Below are positions 38,191 through 51,500 of a stretch of DNA of 64,000 nt, one piece after another. The stretch is taken from contig NC_045697.1 in the NCBI RefSeq assembly GCF_009834535.1, positions 26,600,001 to 26,664,000 on the forward strand. The letters run 5' to 3'. Position 1 is the stretch's first letter, and every line of letters begins with the position of its first letter. This DNA is from Camelus ferus. Lineage: Eukaryota. Made by a program: the position numbers and the translations under genes. Under the pieces are notes generated by a model. That model was not told where the DNA came from. It did not search any database and worked only from the letters and a program-made list of their open reading frames with translations.

Positions 38191-40939
38191 TTTCTATAGA
38201 CATTTACCATATCTGCCTCATCATCTTCTAAGATCCATGGTTTGGTTTGGAGCCTCACCCTTTTGTGTCATCTCTATGTCTGGTGCATGGGGGCATATAG
38301 AAACATCTGTTACTTGAAGTTTCTTCCAGGACTGGTATTCAATTCTTCTGTTTAGGTTTCCTGAGATATTGCTAATGCAAATGCCAAATGAACATATAAT
38401 GAAGTCTGAAGTCACTATTTTAGATCTCCAAATACTGCACCTACCAGTACCTTTGAACTGCTGACTAGAACCAACTTTTATGTCTCTGATTCTTGCTAAC
38501 AGAGAGAAATGATTGCCTCCATATTAATCTTGGGGTTTTCAAATACATGCTTGTTTTTAGATACTATTAAGTAGCTTTTAGGTTTCAAATTATGTTTAAT
38601 ATATCGTTTCCATTATGACAAAAAGAAATATTGTAAGGAAGTCAGTCTCAAAATTTTCATCTTTTACAGTTCAGTTCCATTAAAAAAGAAGATAACTACA
38701 TCACTGAGAAGGAAAAGAAGCCCAGTATGGATTCTGCACAATTTCATCGAGTACTTCTTTTGTGGAGTAACCTAGGCACTGCAGGAACATGTTGTAGACC
38801 GCATTTCTGCTCTTAGGAACCCAGCCCCATGAGGAATACAGTCATGTGAACCAATCATCATAATTTAAGGTAAGCTGTTGTAATAGCAGTCTGAACAACG
38901 TGTTATGGGAATGGAGAAAAAGAAGAATTCAACTGGATCTGGGGAGTGCTGCAGTATTTCAGAACAGACAAATAAATCAGACAGATTGGCAGAAAGGCTG
39001 TTGTGAATCAGAGGCAACAGATAGAAAGTATGAAGCCATTTAGCAACCTGTTCTGAAAGGACAAAGGGTCATTAAACATGCAACAAGCACGCTTTATTGC
39101 AGAAAGCCATAGGTAGCACAGTTTACCTTTCTTTAATTCCTATTTTTCAGCTGCCTGATGTCTCAGAAATCATTTAGGAGGTAAGACCACTGGTCTGTGG
39201 CACAGTGGGAATAATAGGCCTATTCATGGTTGTAAGATCTCTGATATTACCTGATGATAGTATTAATGAATCATGCTTAATCTAATTGCTGAAAATAATG
39301 CTGAAAATCAAAAAACATATTAAGCACCAGAGAAAAATTGAAAGCCCAAGATCCAGGGATGTGAGGTCAGGGGAGCTTAGACAATAAGCTCTAATTACGA
39401 GACCACCAGGTAAGCTTCTGGTGAACAGAGACAGTTATGAAAGCCCACCAGCTTCCTGAAATTAGCTCAGTTCTAATAATCTAATAATTTCAGGGGAAAA
39501 AAAATAAAATAATTTAATTTTACTGATGGTTTTTTGAAGAGAATTTTCCCTGAATCACTGTCCTTAACTACCTTGAAGCAGTTCTAAGCTTAAGCTTCAA
39601 TCTCCAGGGTGTGGGATGGAAAAGAGAAGTAACTTACTCCAAGGTGCTACCAGGAAGCAAAATGGCACATGTCAAATACAAGCCATTTGATGACTCTGAA
39701 TTTCCAAGTACTTCTTCACTGTATACAGTCATAAAGTTGTGTTCTTATTGCTCACGAGAAACTATTAAAATTCTCGGAAAGTGTGTTTATATAAGTCTAA
39801 CTCCAAAATGAAATATATTTTCTGTTAAAATTGAACCAGTAATAACAAAAATTAATCAACAATTAGGTTTTTCCTTCTATTAGACCTAAAGATTATGAAA
39901 ATACTATTTGATCAATTGTTTTACTAAAATTTATAACTGACAGAAGCAAATTCTGAATTTATATGGAAAAAGCTTCAAGGGAATGATACAACTTTTCTGC
40001 TGTAAGAAGGTGATTTAAGCCTTCGGATGGATTACAGAAGGTTTAAGATGTTGCCCTTGTGGCAATGCAGTGTTTTAACTTAAAGGCCATGTGAATATCA
40101 ATTTTCCCTTGTGAAACAAGTCACTGGCCAACCAAAACTTCTATTACTTCTACATTTCCTGAAGGACTCTTCCATTCCAAAATTGAGTAGATGAATTGCA
40201 ACCTCATAAAAGTACTGCAGAAGTGTGACAGTCTCATTGGAGACACACTTTACCAAAGAAACGGGTATTTGGATGGTGACTCAACTCAATAGATCATTCA
40301 GAGAGTGAAAGGAAAGAGGCATTGAAAACAATATATCTCAGTGTCAAATAGGAAAATCAGTCAATTGTCAATGACTTGCAGAGCAGTAGAATTTCAAGAA
40401 CTAACTGATAGACTATCCGATTTTAGAAAGAAAATATAAATTTCATGTTGCCCAAAAAGCTAGTTGAAAACTTAATATTTTCTGGTTTTGATTTTTTTGT
40501 GTTTATCAGCTTGTTTTACTGAGTTGAATGTATTAACGAGCATTTAATGTTACGCTTTTTAATTCACTTAAAGTTATAGTCTTCTAGGAAGGAAAGTCAC
40601 CAACAGTAGCTAATATACAATACAACTGAGTAAATAATACAGTTGTGTCAGATTTATGACAAATTTAATTTATTAGCAAAAATGTGTGCCCATCGTGCAA
40701 TATAATACTAATCTTTGTATCCCCAGTGCCTGATAACCATGCTTAGTATGCAGTGAATATTTGAGCAAACACAAGTGAGCACTCAGGGCTCACAGAGAGC
40801 TGGTCAATGTTATCATCAGATCCCAGGATGTGACTATGACCTGTATGGGAGCAAGGTTTGAACGCTATTATACCATTGTTTTGTGCCAGTCTTAGCCTGT
40901 CAATAACCAGTGATGTGGCTGCATGAGCCTTTGTGGTTC

Positions 40940-41430
40940 TTATATGATTGCCAGACACTCTTCAGAAATAACCATCAGGGAACTTTGAAAAAATAAACAT
41001 GTATTACTTGCAGACCTAGAAATTCCACAGCTCACCTGGGGCCATATAGGAGGAGATAGAAAGAGAGAGAGAGAGAGCACTATGGGCCTAGGGTTCTGCT
41101 TTTTATGAGGGTTGAGGGTAAGGCTCCCTCCTTCTTGGTGAATTTAAAAGGTAGAAGCAGGCATTTAAATCTTAGAAAGAGAAAAAAATAAATGGCCCAA
41201 ATGGCCAATTTTTGAAATCAACCAAGATCTCTAAAACAAAGGAGCCTCAGTTTGGAATGGCAGCCTGACTATTTATCTAGTCCTGTGGCCTGCAATGAGT
41301 TTATTCGAGATAGCCATCACTGAATTGGATGCCTCTTTAAAGTGGATGCCTTCAAGTGGATGTCAAAGTTTAAGTTGGCACTTGCACTACAAAAAAAAAA
41401 AAAAACCAACCTATCAATGCTTACACTACA
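40940..41430 (-). mobile_element. LTR-like element, apparently inserted next to or within an MLT1 remnant (~41440-41850)
   Basis: Antisense LTR-like text with (GA)n and cttttatgaggg, ending ttacactaca; the downstream piece has MLT1-like ccttcttcctgcttggaatgcag..gcaaccatattacaaccatgagggtgaa. Confidence 0.4.
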
Positions 41431-42169
41431 GCCGTACACTGTTATAACCTATCCAGTATCTATTTCCTCATTTTACTTATTAATAAAACCTATATTTTGA
41501 TTGGGGCAACACCAAATGAGAAAACTTATTTATCTAACCAATGAGATACGTACACCAAGTCCATAAGGAGGGCATCCCTTCTAAATAAAAAGGTTCTTTA
41601 TTCTTTCCCTTCTTCCTGCTTGGAATGCAGGTATAATAACTGGTGATGGGGCAACCATATTACAACCATGAGGGTGAAATCCTCACTTAGGATGGAGGAA
41701 TGAAAAATCAGAAAGAGGCTACATTCTCAATAATATTGTAGAGCTACTGCTTCAGTCATTGACGGCTTACTTCTAGACTTCTCATTGGGTGAGATAAATA
41801 GACACTGTTTAAGCTGTTGTTTTCTTTGTTTGCTTGAAGTCAGGTATTTTCCTCCCTTGTGTGCCTTTTGACAGTGCCTATAAACTAACAAATTATATAA
41901 AAACATAAATTTTCTCCTTTATTCTATTACGGTATAACCTCGATGCCAGAACATTGAATGTAAATGAATGAATGGTTAATGTCTGAAAACTTCCCTGAGG
42001 TTTCTTGCCTCTAACAAGAGCCAGGGGAAACAATTATTCACATATTATTTATATATATGAACTAGATTTTCATTTCCTCTAGGCTTAATCTGTTATTTTG
42101 TCAGTATTGATTATCAGTTTGCAAAAATTAATCTACCATAGGTTCCTTTTTGCAAATCCTAAGTCAACT

Positions 42170-42440
42170 TCAAAGTCAAACCTCAGAGGGTTCTTCATGC
42201 AGACTAAGCAGCCACCCAGTCATTCTCAAACACACCTTATTTTAATTCTTAGCATAGCCTTTATAGCTCTCTGATATTTTTCTAATTTATGTATGTATGT
42301 ATGTACGTATGTATGTATGTATGTATTTACTTTTAGTCTCCTCCATCTCACATTAGGATAAGGGCAGAGAATTTGTCTGGTCGATCAAGAAATACATCCT
42401 TGGCATATATAAGACAGGTAGACATATTTGTTGAATGGCT
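42170..42440 (+). mobile_element. L2 3' fragment containing a (GTAT)n microsatellite at ~42290-42326
   Basis: aagggcagagaatttgtctgg..catatttgttgaatg; tandem gtat repeats. Confidence 0.55.
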
Positions 42441-42829
42441 GTGCAGTTGACTGAATCAAACAATCAATAGGCACAGTGAGAGAATCAAAGAATTGTCAGA
42501 TATAGTCACTGACTTAAGAAAATTTTGAATATAAATAAGGAAATGAGAGACCCATTGGAAAACAAAAATGTGTAAAATATAAGGCAATACCAATACTCAA
42601 GTGGTAAGGATGAAGGTGTGATCAAAGCTCAATGATGTTACATGCAATGACTTGGATTCTTCAGTAGCTCTGACTTGAATTCCTCAGTAGCTCCAGGGAC
42701 CAAGCCTTCCATCTGGACAGAGGTGAGAGCAAACCTAGAAAGGAGAGCTAGAGCAAAGCACATTGGAGCAGAACATATATGAATGCTTTAACCAGAAAAG
42801 GTTTACTATCTCAGATGTTAGTGATGTGA

Positions 42830-43880
42830 TAGGAAAAAACTGAGATTTAATTCAAAGATTGTGGTTTTAGAATTAGCTGGGTTGAATTACCCAATACCTA
42901 GCATCTCTGAGCTTCAAGTTCCTTATTTGAAAAATGGGGATAAGAATACTTACCTCACTGAACAATAATCAGGATTTAAACTGACTAGATGAAAGCAGTT
43001 TGTGAAGCATGAGTGATTACAAAAATGGCTAACAGTTCTTGAATTCTTATTATGTGTCAAGCACTGAAGTAATCACTTTACATAGATGATCTCTTTTAAT
43101 CCTCGAAACAACCCAGAGGAAAGACATTAACCAGGTTTTAACATCGAACGGAGAGAATCTGGAGGGGCCTGGACTGGGAAGGGCTGGGGCTTTGGTTGTG
43201 GGGGAGCAGCTCTCACTAAAACATGCATTTCTTTCACCACTTCCTCTAACAATTGCTCTGATGATCCACATAACCTGGCTTATTTCACACCTGAACCAAG
43301 AGCGCAAAACCTGGTGAAAGGTGGATACATCCCATTCACGCCAAGTACTTACATCTGTGCTTTGGCAAAGACGAGCTATTCAGGACCTCGGGAGAATTCC
43401 CTGATATCCTTGGTGAGGAATATGAGCTCTCTGAACTCACTTTGTGTGTCCAGTTGTTCACAGTCTAAGTATATTTTAAAGGATAGATTTCTTCAATTGC
43501 CATCACATGCAAATTTCTAAGGAAATTAGAATGCTGCCAAGTATCTTCCAGAGACTTATGGAACTCTTGCACAGAAATAACATATACCATAAATTAGAAC
43601 ATATTAAACAGAATTCCAAATGTTCCAATCAGGATTTACCCAAGCACTATGGCATAGGGATTAGGAACATAGGTTCCAGGGCTGGCAAATTTACGTACAA
43701 CCTGATTCTGCCACATATTTGTTACATAAATGTGGGGCCGTTTATTCACTACATAGAGCCTTATTTTTCTCAGGGTAAAATAGAAATATAAATATGTTAC
43801 TCAAATATTACTTGAGACAATTAAATAAGATGATATATATGAATCAAAGCATAGGGTGATGCTCAGGGAACGTAGTGAGA
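42830..43880. mobile_element. Cluster of MIR fragments (~42830-43000, ~43050-43140, ~43640-43880)
   Basis: ctctgagcttcaagttccttatttgaaaaatggggataagaatacttacctca; atctcttttaatcctcgaaacaaccc; gagccttatttttctc..gtaaaataga. Confidence 0.55.
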
Positions 43881-46800
43881 ATGACACATTTTTCTTTTTA
43901 TTATTAATTTGTTAACTCTTTTCATATTACATGTTCTCATTTGGTATTTAGGATTACAACTTTTTTATGCACCACTAGTAACAAAAGTAAGGTTGTGATA
44001 TAACTTGAATACCAGAAAAATTTTAAAACATATTACCTCTCTAATAATTATCCTTTCATCATGAGTTGTCATTCAGTCCAAATCAAAATTACAAAAATGT
44101 TAAATACTAGAATTAGTTTTCTTAAAAATTAGTTTTCTGTGGACTATATGATATTTCATATAGTTTGGTATCAAGCCCCCAAAACAAAAATATTACATGT
44201 GATCTCCTTACCTAAAAAAATCCCAGCAAACCTACTGTTTAATACTAAATAGTGCATGTGTATATTCAGTTCATCCTAATAATTCTAATCAGTATGGAAT
44301 CATTAAGCCTTGATTCTCTCTTATTCTTTATATAGATTTTGTTTCAGTTCTCATGAAAGATTATTTCAAAATCATCTGAGGATTAATTTCCTCATTTTCT
44401 TAAATCAATATATGCCAAAGGAGTTTCTCTCTTTACCAGAAAATTTGCATAATGTATTATTCTAATTTGTGAATCTTAGTGCCTGTGGGAAAACATAAAA
44501 GAAATGTTAATGTAATTGTTGTTCTAAGGAAATAACATTCAGGTTCATTACTGATAAGCATCTGGGTAATTTTAAGAATGGATCTGGTCCCTTATTTAAG
44601 CCGTGATTTATTTACTCTATCTTAAAGAGACAGATGACTCCTAATTGAAAATTAAAATTACAACTTAGTTATTCTATTCAAATATTTAATAGGATCTATA
44701 GTGTTAATTTTGAAATTTCAGTCTAGCACTGACAGAGTGAATTTTTATCTTACTCTAACTGTAATCTTATCTGTGTTGTTTTATTTTGGTAATTGTACTC
44801 ATGCCTCTTTCCCCAACTAGATTGTAAACCCTTTGAGCATGGGCCATTTAATTAATCTTTAGAACATCCACCTCTACTCACGAGTCATCTGTAACATAGC
44901 AGGTCTCCACATACACTTAAAGCAGGTGAAATAAACTTCATGGTGTGCAAGTTATACCCCAATACATCCATTTAAAAGAAAATGTTCAGTTTAATTCAAC
45001 TCTTCTTCACAATAAGTGTATTCCTACAAATGTTGCAGGGGTTGTCTAGATGGAATTTGGTTCATGTAGTGATGTGTTTCACATTGCAGTCTTGGATGTC
45101 AGACTGAGCTGAATTCTTCTCAGGGATACCTGTTTGCTGCCAAATAGGAAACATGCTTTTCTTTTCTTATTTTATTCATTTTACCAACATCTCAATGTGA
45201 AAGATGAAGAATCAGTTCACTTGGAACAACCCCACCCCACAAACCTCTTTGCTTCCCCTTCAGGCTGGTGATGGTGGTGATGGTGGTGGCGGTGGTGAGA
45301 GGACAATGTTCAGCTCCCATTTAACAAGAGTTTCTTCTGTGTGCTTGGGGTTCCATCAGCTTTAACTTTCCTGGCCACTTTCTATGTCTTTACTCTATGC
45401 CAGAGGCAGTGAAGAGAGCTATTTAATTGGTAAAATTGGAGAGAATAAACCAAGCATGGTTCTCTCCTAATCCTACCCATCTTTTACAGGACTTCTCCAA
45501 AAGTTCCCTGCTGCTCTCTGCTGTGAGGAAAGACGTGCCCTAGCCCTGCACTGCAGGATGGTTGGTCTGTTCAATACTGAGGTTCACTTAGTAAGCCTAT
45601 TTGGCCTCATACATCCCACCGTGAGCCCTTACCAGTAACCAAAGTAGTATTTTGCCTTCTCTCTGCCACTCTTTATTTTTCTCATTTTTTTTAGGAACCC
45701 AAGTGAGGAAGAGAAGTGTTATATTTTAAGCCCCCTTGCAAATAGCAAAATTAATTCTACAATTTTTAGTTCTCATTTTGGTATCCTTTCTGAATTAAAT
45801 AATGTGCCTAACCCTCTATTTAATTCTAAGAGCTTTAATTACTTGATCTCCTTCTTTGAGTCCTCACCTTTATGTCTCCTCCACCTCCTACCTTCCATCA
45901 GCAACATCTCTACTTTTAAATTGTAAGGCTTTCTAACATTACGGTTCTTTCCTATAGCCATAATTAAATCTGCATGTTCTGTCTGTAAAGGTGTTCTAAG
46001 AGTTGAAAACTAATTAACAGTAGTTACAGTATAACGACTATGTACATTTTCAATGAAGAGCCAACTAATGTGCTTAAGATCCTATTTCTTCACTTTAGGT
46101 CCAATATCATCACCCCTGTTCTAGTCAATGTGTAATGTTCCCAAGCATTGAGGTCAAATGTATTCTTTATAATCATATTTCACTATTTACTCAAAATCAT
46201 CCCTTATTTAGTTTACGTCATATTTCAGCAATGACTTTCTTAGACACATTAGCTGTTACGTTTTCCTAGAGTTTCTCTTTGTCTCATTTATTCTTTTTGA
46301 AAGAAGAAGCATATGCTTTCTTCACTGTGTCACTACTATCATCCAACTCATTTGTCACTCTGTTTATTGCTTGGAATCGCCATTCATCTTCCTGAGAGCA
46401 ACCTTGAAGTCTGCTGCATTCCAATTTCAATTTGGCACTGATTGCTTTCTGAACTTGCTACCCACCTGTTAAACTGGAATTTCTTCCCACTGAATTCTTG
46501 GGTCAGTTCAGCTGATGTTTGTATCTAGTATTTTCTGCCACTCAAACATAGGCATTTGTTCAGACCCTTACTCCACACTTACTCTGTACATAGTATTATG
46601 ACCTATGAAAATTCAAGACAAATCCAAAATTTATCGTGCACCAAAAGAGTTCACAAATTAGGACTTGAACACACCTATAAATAATCACAATATAAAATAA
46701 AAACTATAATTAGAATAAGTTGGTGAAAGAAGTAGTGATATACCATGGGAAAAAAAACAGAACAAATTAGATGTGAAGAAGTAGAAGGGATGTGAAAAGG

Positions 46801-47269
46801 CCAGGGAAGGTCAGAGATTGCATGAGAAAGGAAGAAGTATCTCACAGTGTGAAGTAACAGCAGTACAAAAACTCACAGAGAAAATAGTAATCCATGTTGT
46901 GAATGGTAAGTTACAATACTCTTAGACCAAAGAGGAACTACAACCAAATTCATCTACTTAGAAAACAACAAAACTAATGGTCAAACCCTATGGGACACAG
47001 CCAAAATCATTTTCAAAAGAAAATCTGTAGCTGTAAGTGTTGTTGTATTAAACAGAAATAAAAACTGGGGGAGAATGAACTAAGAACTCACCTCAAGAAC
47101 AATGAAATATATATCTATAGATTCAACAAATATGTGGAAGTGATAAATTAATACATGTGAAAGTTAAGTGTAATGAATTAAAAATCAAAAAAATTGAAAA
47201 CTAAAGCCAAGAGTAGTTTTTTCATCTTATTAGGATTGTTAGAAAAAATATACAGATATTTTAAAGCCT

Positions 47270-48025
47270 AGGCTATGCATAGATGGAAAACAAAGCAATG
47301 GAATAAGATATTTCATGCAAATGCAAACCAAAAGAAAATAGGAGTAGCTATTCTTATATAAGTCAAAATAGACTTTAAGCTGAAAACTGTAACAAGAGAC
47401 AAAAAAGGTCATTATATAATGATGAAGGGATCAACTTATTAAAAGGATATAACAATGATAAATATTTGTGCACCCAACATTGGAACACTTAAATATATAA
47501 AGTAAATTCTAACAGATCTAAAGTGAGAAATAGTCAGTAATACAGTAGTAATAGGAGACTTTAATACCCCACTTTCAACAGTACATAAATTAACCAGACA
47601 GAAAATCAATAAGAGAATATTAGATTTAAACTACATATTAGCCCAGATGGATTTAACAGATGTATCTAGAACAGTCCATTCAACAGCAGCAGAATACACA
47701 TTCTTCTCAAGTGCACATGAATCATTCTCCAAGATAGATCAATCATATTTTAAGCCATAAAATAAGTCTTAATAAATTTAAGAAGAATGAAAACATAACA
47801 AGCATCTTTTCTGACCACAATGGTATAACACTAGAAATCAATTACAAAAATACTATAAAACTGATAAAATATGAGATTAAACATGCTTCTGAACAACTGA
47901 GTGAAAAAAGAAAGCTATTTTTTAAATACTTAAGAGAAATGAAAATAAAGACCCAAAATGCCAAAATTTACAGAATACAGCAAAAGCAGTTCTAAAAGAG
48001 AAGTTTATAGCAATAAATGCCTAAT
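47270..48025 (+). mobile_element. Old L1 ORF2 endonuclease-region fragment (preceded by an older L1 piece at ~46900-47210)
   Basis: tggaataagatatttcatgcaaatg, gcacccaacattgga, ggagactttaataccccactttca (GDFNTPLS), ttttctgaccacaat (FSDHN), with many stops. Confidence 0.85.
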
Positions 48026-48029
48026 ATTA

Positions 48030-48510
48030 ATTCTAGAATTCTTGACTCCTCTGTCATAAATTAATTGACCATATAAATGTGGGTTTTTTTGGAGGTTCTC
48101 TATTCTGCTCCATTGATCTATGTCTCTGATTTTATTCCAATACTATACTGTTCTAATAACTGTAGTTTTATAATGTAGTTTGGAATTAAGGAACATGATG
48201 CTTTCAGTTTTGCTTTTCTTTCTCAAAATTGCTTTGGCTATTTGGGGTCTTTTGTGGTCTAACAGGATTTTTTTTTTCTATTTTTGTGGAAAATACCATT
48301 GGTATTTTTATAGGGATTACATTGCATCTGTAGACCACTTGAGGTTTTAATTCATGAGCATGGAATAGCTTCCCATTTAGTTTGTCTTCAGTTTCTTTCA
48401 TCTATGTCTAATAGTTTTTGGACTATAGATTTTCAGCCTCCTTGGTTAAATTTATTCTTGAATACTTTATTCATTTTGATGCTCTTATAAATGGGATTGT
48501 TTTCTTAACT
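48030..48510 (-). mobile_element. Inverted old L1 ORF2 fragment (post-RT region)
   Basis: Antisense translation YRCNVIPIKIPMVFSTKIEKK; aattgctttggctatttggggtcttttgtgg. Confidence 0.8.
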
Positions 48511-51500
48511 GGAAATTACCAAGCAGCACTTCCACCTGCATTCCACAACTTTTCCATCAGCTGAGAAATGTGTCTACTCTTATAGTCAGGAGTCCAGCTA
48601 AAAATCAGGGGTCTTATTACTATTGAAGAATGATATGTGGGGACAAATAGTAGTCTCTATTCCTGTAGCATAAGGAATTATCAAAAGATCTAACTTACAT
48701 TATCTCTGGAAGAATTATTAGCCTTTTGATTCCTTCAGGCATTGTGAAATCTGTTAATATAGTTTCTCAAGGCTAATTTTGACACAGTTCATATAATTTT
48801 TATTCTTACTCAAATTTATCAATTCCTTTTCACTTTAGACACATCTGTGGCTACCCTAACAACTAACATTATCATGAATGAGAATATATATACAACTGCA
48901 ATTTCCAATTTTGTGCCCAGTTTAGCAAGCTTTGTTCTCAGATGTTTCATCCAGTAGCGCTATCTTATTATTGGCTAACTATATTTTGTGGGCTACAGAA
49001 ACCACCTGGGAGGACCATAGAAGTTCCCAGATGTATGTTGATGCTAAATATATCACTCACATACATTAGTGTCCTAACCACGTTTTTCTGTCTGTAGTCC
49101 AAGCTACAAAATTATGGATGGTTTAATTATCTGTGATTTGCCCAAGTCCCACAAATAATTAGTAGTAAACAAGGATCTGGAGCCCAGGTTGAACAATTTT
49201 AATTATTTATTACTAATATCCCAAGAGAAAAAAGGAATGCATGTTTTTTACTACTCATACATAAGGAAAATGCAATACATTTATAGAATTTTAAGTTCTG
49301 TCCAAAAACTCCCATGGGAGAAAAATACAGGTCAAAGCAGAGTAAGAGCATATTTCTGCCTCTTAAGTTCATAAGTATTGTTACCACCAATTCCATTAGT
49401 TTCCCTTTGTCAGCCCACCTCAAAAATATTTTCTCTTCACTGAGCCTCAGAGATATTAAATATCATATTCAAAGTTATATAGCTAATAAACAGGAATATT
49501 GGAATTGTAAATTAATGTCCTCTTAATTTAAAAAAAATGTTTTTCACTATGAGAAAATCTGGGTGCTGTCACTTTTTTGTTTCCTTTACTATGCAGAATT
49601 TAAGAGAATTGTGATTTATATTAGGTGTACTTTAGTTTATACTAATTAATTTTACCTCATTTATATTTAAATAAATGCCAAGGTATTGGGTTCAAATGCT
49701 ATTTTTTCTATTTTAAGTATTGTTGCTTGCTCATTTTTAAATGTAACTTTATGGTATGATATTTTAAAACAGAGAATATCTAAATAATTAAAAACTGGAA
49801 TGGATGTGATGTGACATGCATGTGTCCTCATCTATAAATGTTCTCAATTCTAAAAAAGGGAGAGGATTAAGGACACTGAATTATTCTGTCTAGCTGACTG
49901 TGTATCCCTGAGGGACTCAATTTTCTGTATCATTGCACTTGCAATGTTAGCACGAAAGGATTAATACATTTTAATCCTCCTTGATTTAGTCCTATTTTTC
50001 TTCTTGCTCTTGTAGCTTAACTATATTTTTCAGTCTTTAGCACTCTCCTTTGCCTTTGGTTAATTTAAACAAATCATATATTCACAGAGCCTATGAATCT
50101 TCCTAGAGACTTCTAAAGTCTTTTAACATAGTTTATTTTTAATGTATTTTGACATGATGATGGTATCTTTGCTTGTCTCTCCCTTCAGTTGTATTTACAT
50201 CTATGCTAATTTGCTGAAGTGCAATTTGATCTATGTTTTCTGATACAAAGTTGGAGGAGAAAGAGTTGTAAGAGAGAGTCAGACTTGACCTTTTAGTAAT
50301 CTTTACGGTTCCAGAATCAGTTAAGCAAATCAGTTAGGAAAAAAAGATTTTTCAATGGGATATTTATGTTTCATGAATATGGAGAACTTTTAAAATAAAA
50401 AAGAAATGTTAATTTTTATCAGAAGCTCTCAATATTAGTTTTTCTCACATAAATAACTTTTAATTTATTTTAATTGCATGTTAAAAGTTTTTTTTTAATC
50501 TTCATAGGAATTTTGGTGGCATTATATAACACACTTAAATCCTTGACATCATTTCACAGGTATAATTACTGAGACTTATGTTCTGTAGTTGGTCCAAGTC
50601 CCACAAATAGTAATTAGCAAAAAAGTATCTAAAGCTCAGATAGCCCAATTCCCTTTTACAGACTTTCTCTATAATCTTTGACCTCTTTGTTGCAAATTAA
50701 GGCATCAGGAGATGCTAAGATTGCTGAATGTATAGGAGCTTCCCAATCTAAGTAATTTTTCGTTGTACCTGGAAAGAATTTATGCAATTCAGATCCTGCC
50801 CCCTCTTCCCACTTCCTACCCCTATCATCCTGAGGTGTCTATTGTCCTTAAATTTGTGAGAGTGAAACTTAAAAATGCATAACTTTATAAACCTCTCTAG
50901 ATGATTCCAAGGCAGCTGGAACTACCCTAAAGAACTATCTCCACCATAAAAGCATCAGCAAGGTGAATTGTCGTATAGTGTACATGAAATATGTTACCCA
51001 TCCTTCCTAAGCTACATCTCAAAGCCAGTGGTCATGTTTCTGACTGCCCACCAAGGGCCAGATATAGGAGGATATGTATATATTGTGTAAGTTGATTGAA
51101 GATGGGCCAACAGGAAAGTTTCTGCAATAGATAACCTTGTTCATCTACATGTTACTGATTTCCCAGATAACCCAACATCCAGATTTTTGTAATTAAAAAT
51201 CCTGATTTTTAATATTGGTCAAAATTTTAATTAAATGGATAAAAGGCATGGATGACCAATTGTATGTCTTTATGGATCGAGCTATGCTTTCATGGGCTTC
51301 AGCTTAATAATAAACGCTCTTGACCTGAGAGATGGCATTGTCGCTGGGGTTGCCCATGTTTGGACCTGAACCATATCCTCAGTTGCTCCAAAATTGACCT
51401 CAGTTGAAGAATTGGCCTCAGAGCATACCTTAGATTGCCAGGGTACTGGATTCTAATCGTTGAATTTAGAGTTCTGTGGAGGAGGGATCTGTTTGATTTA

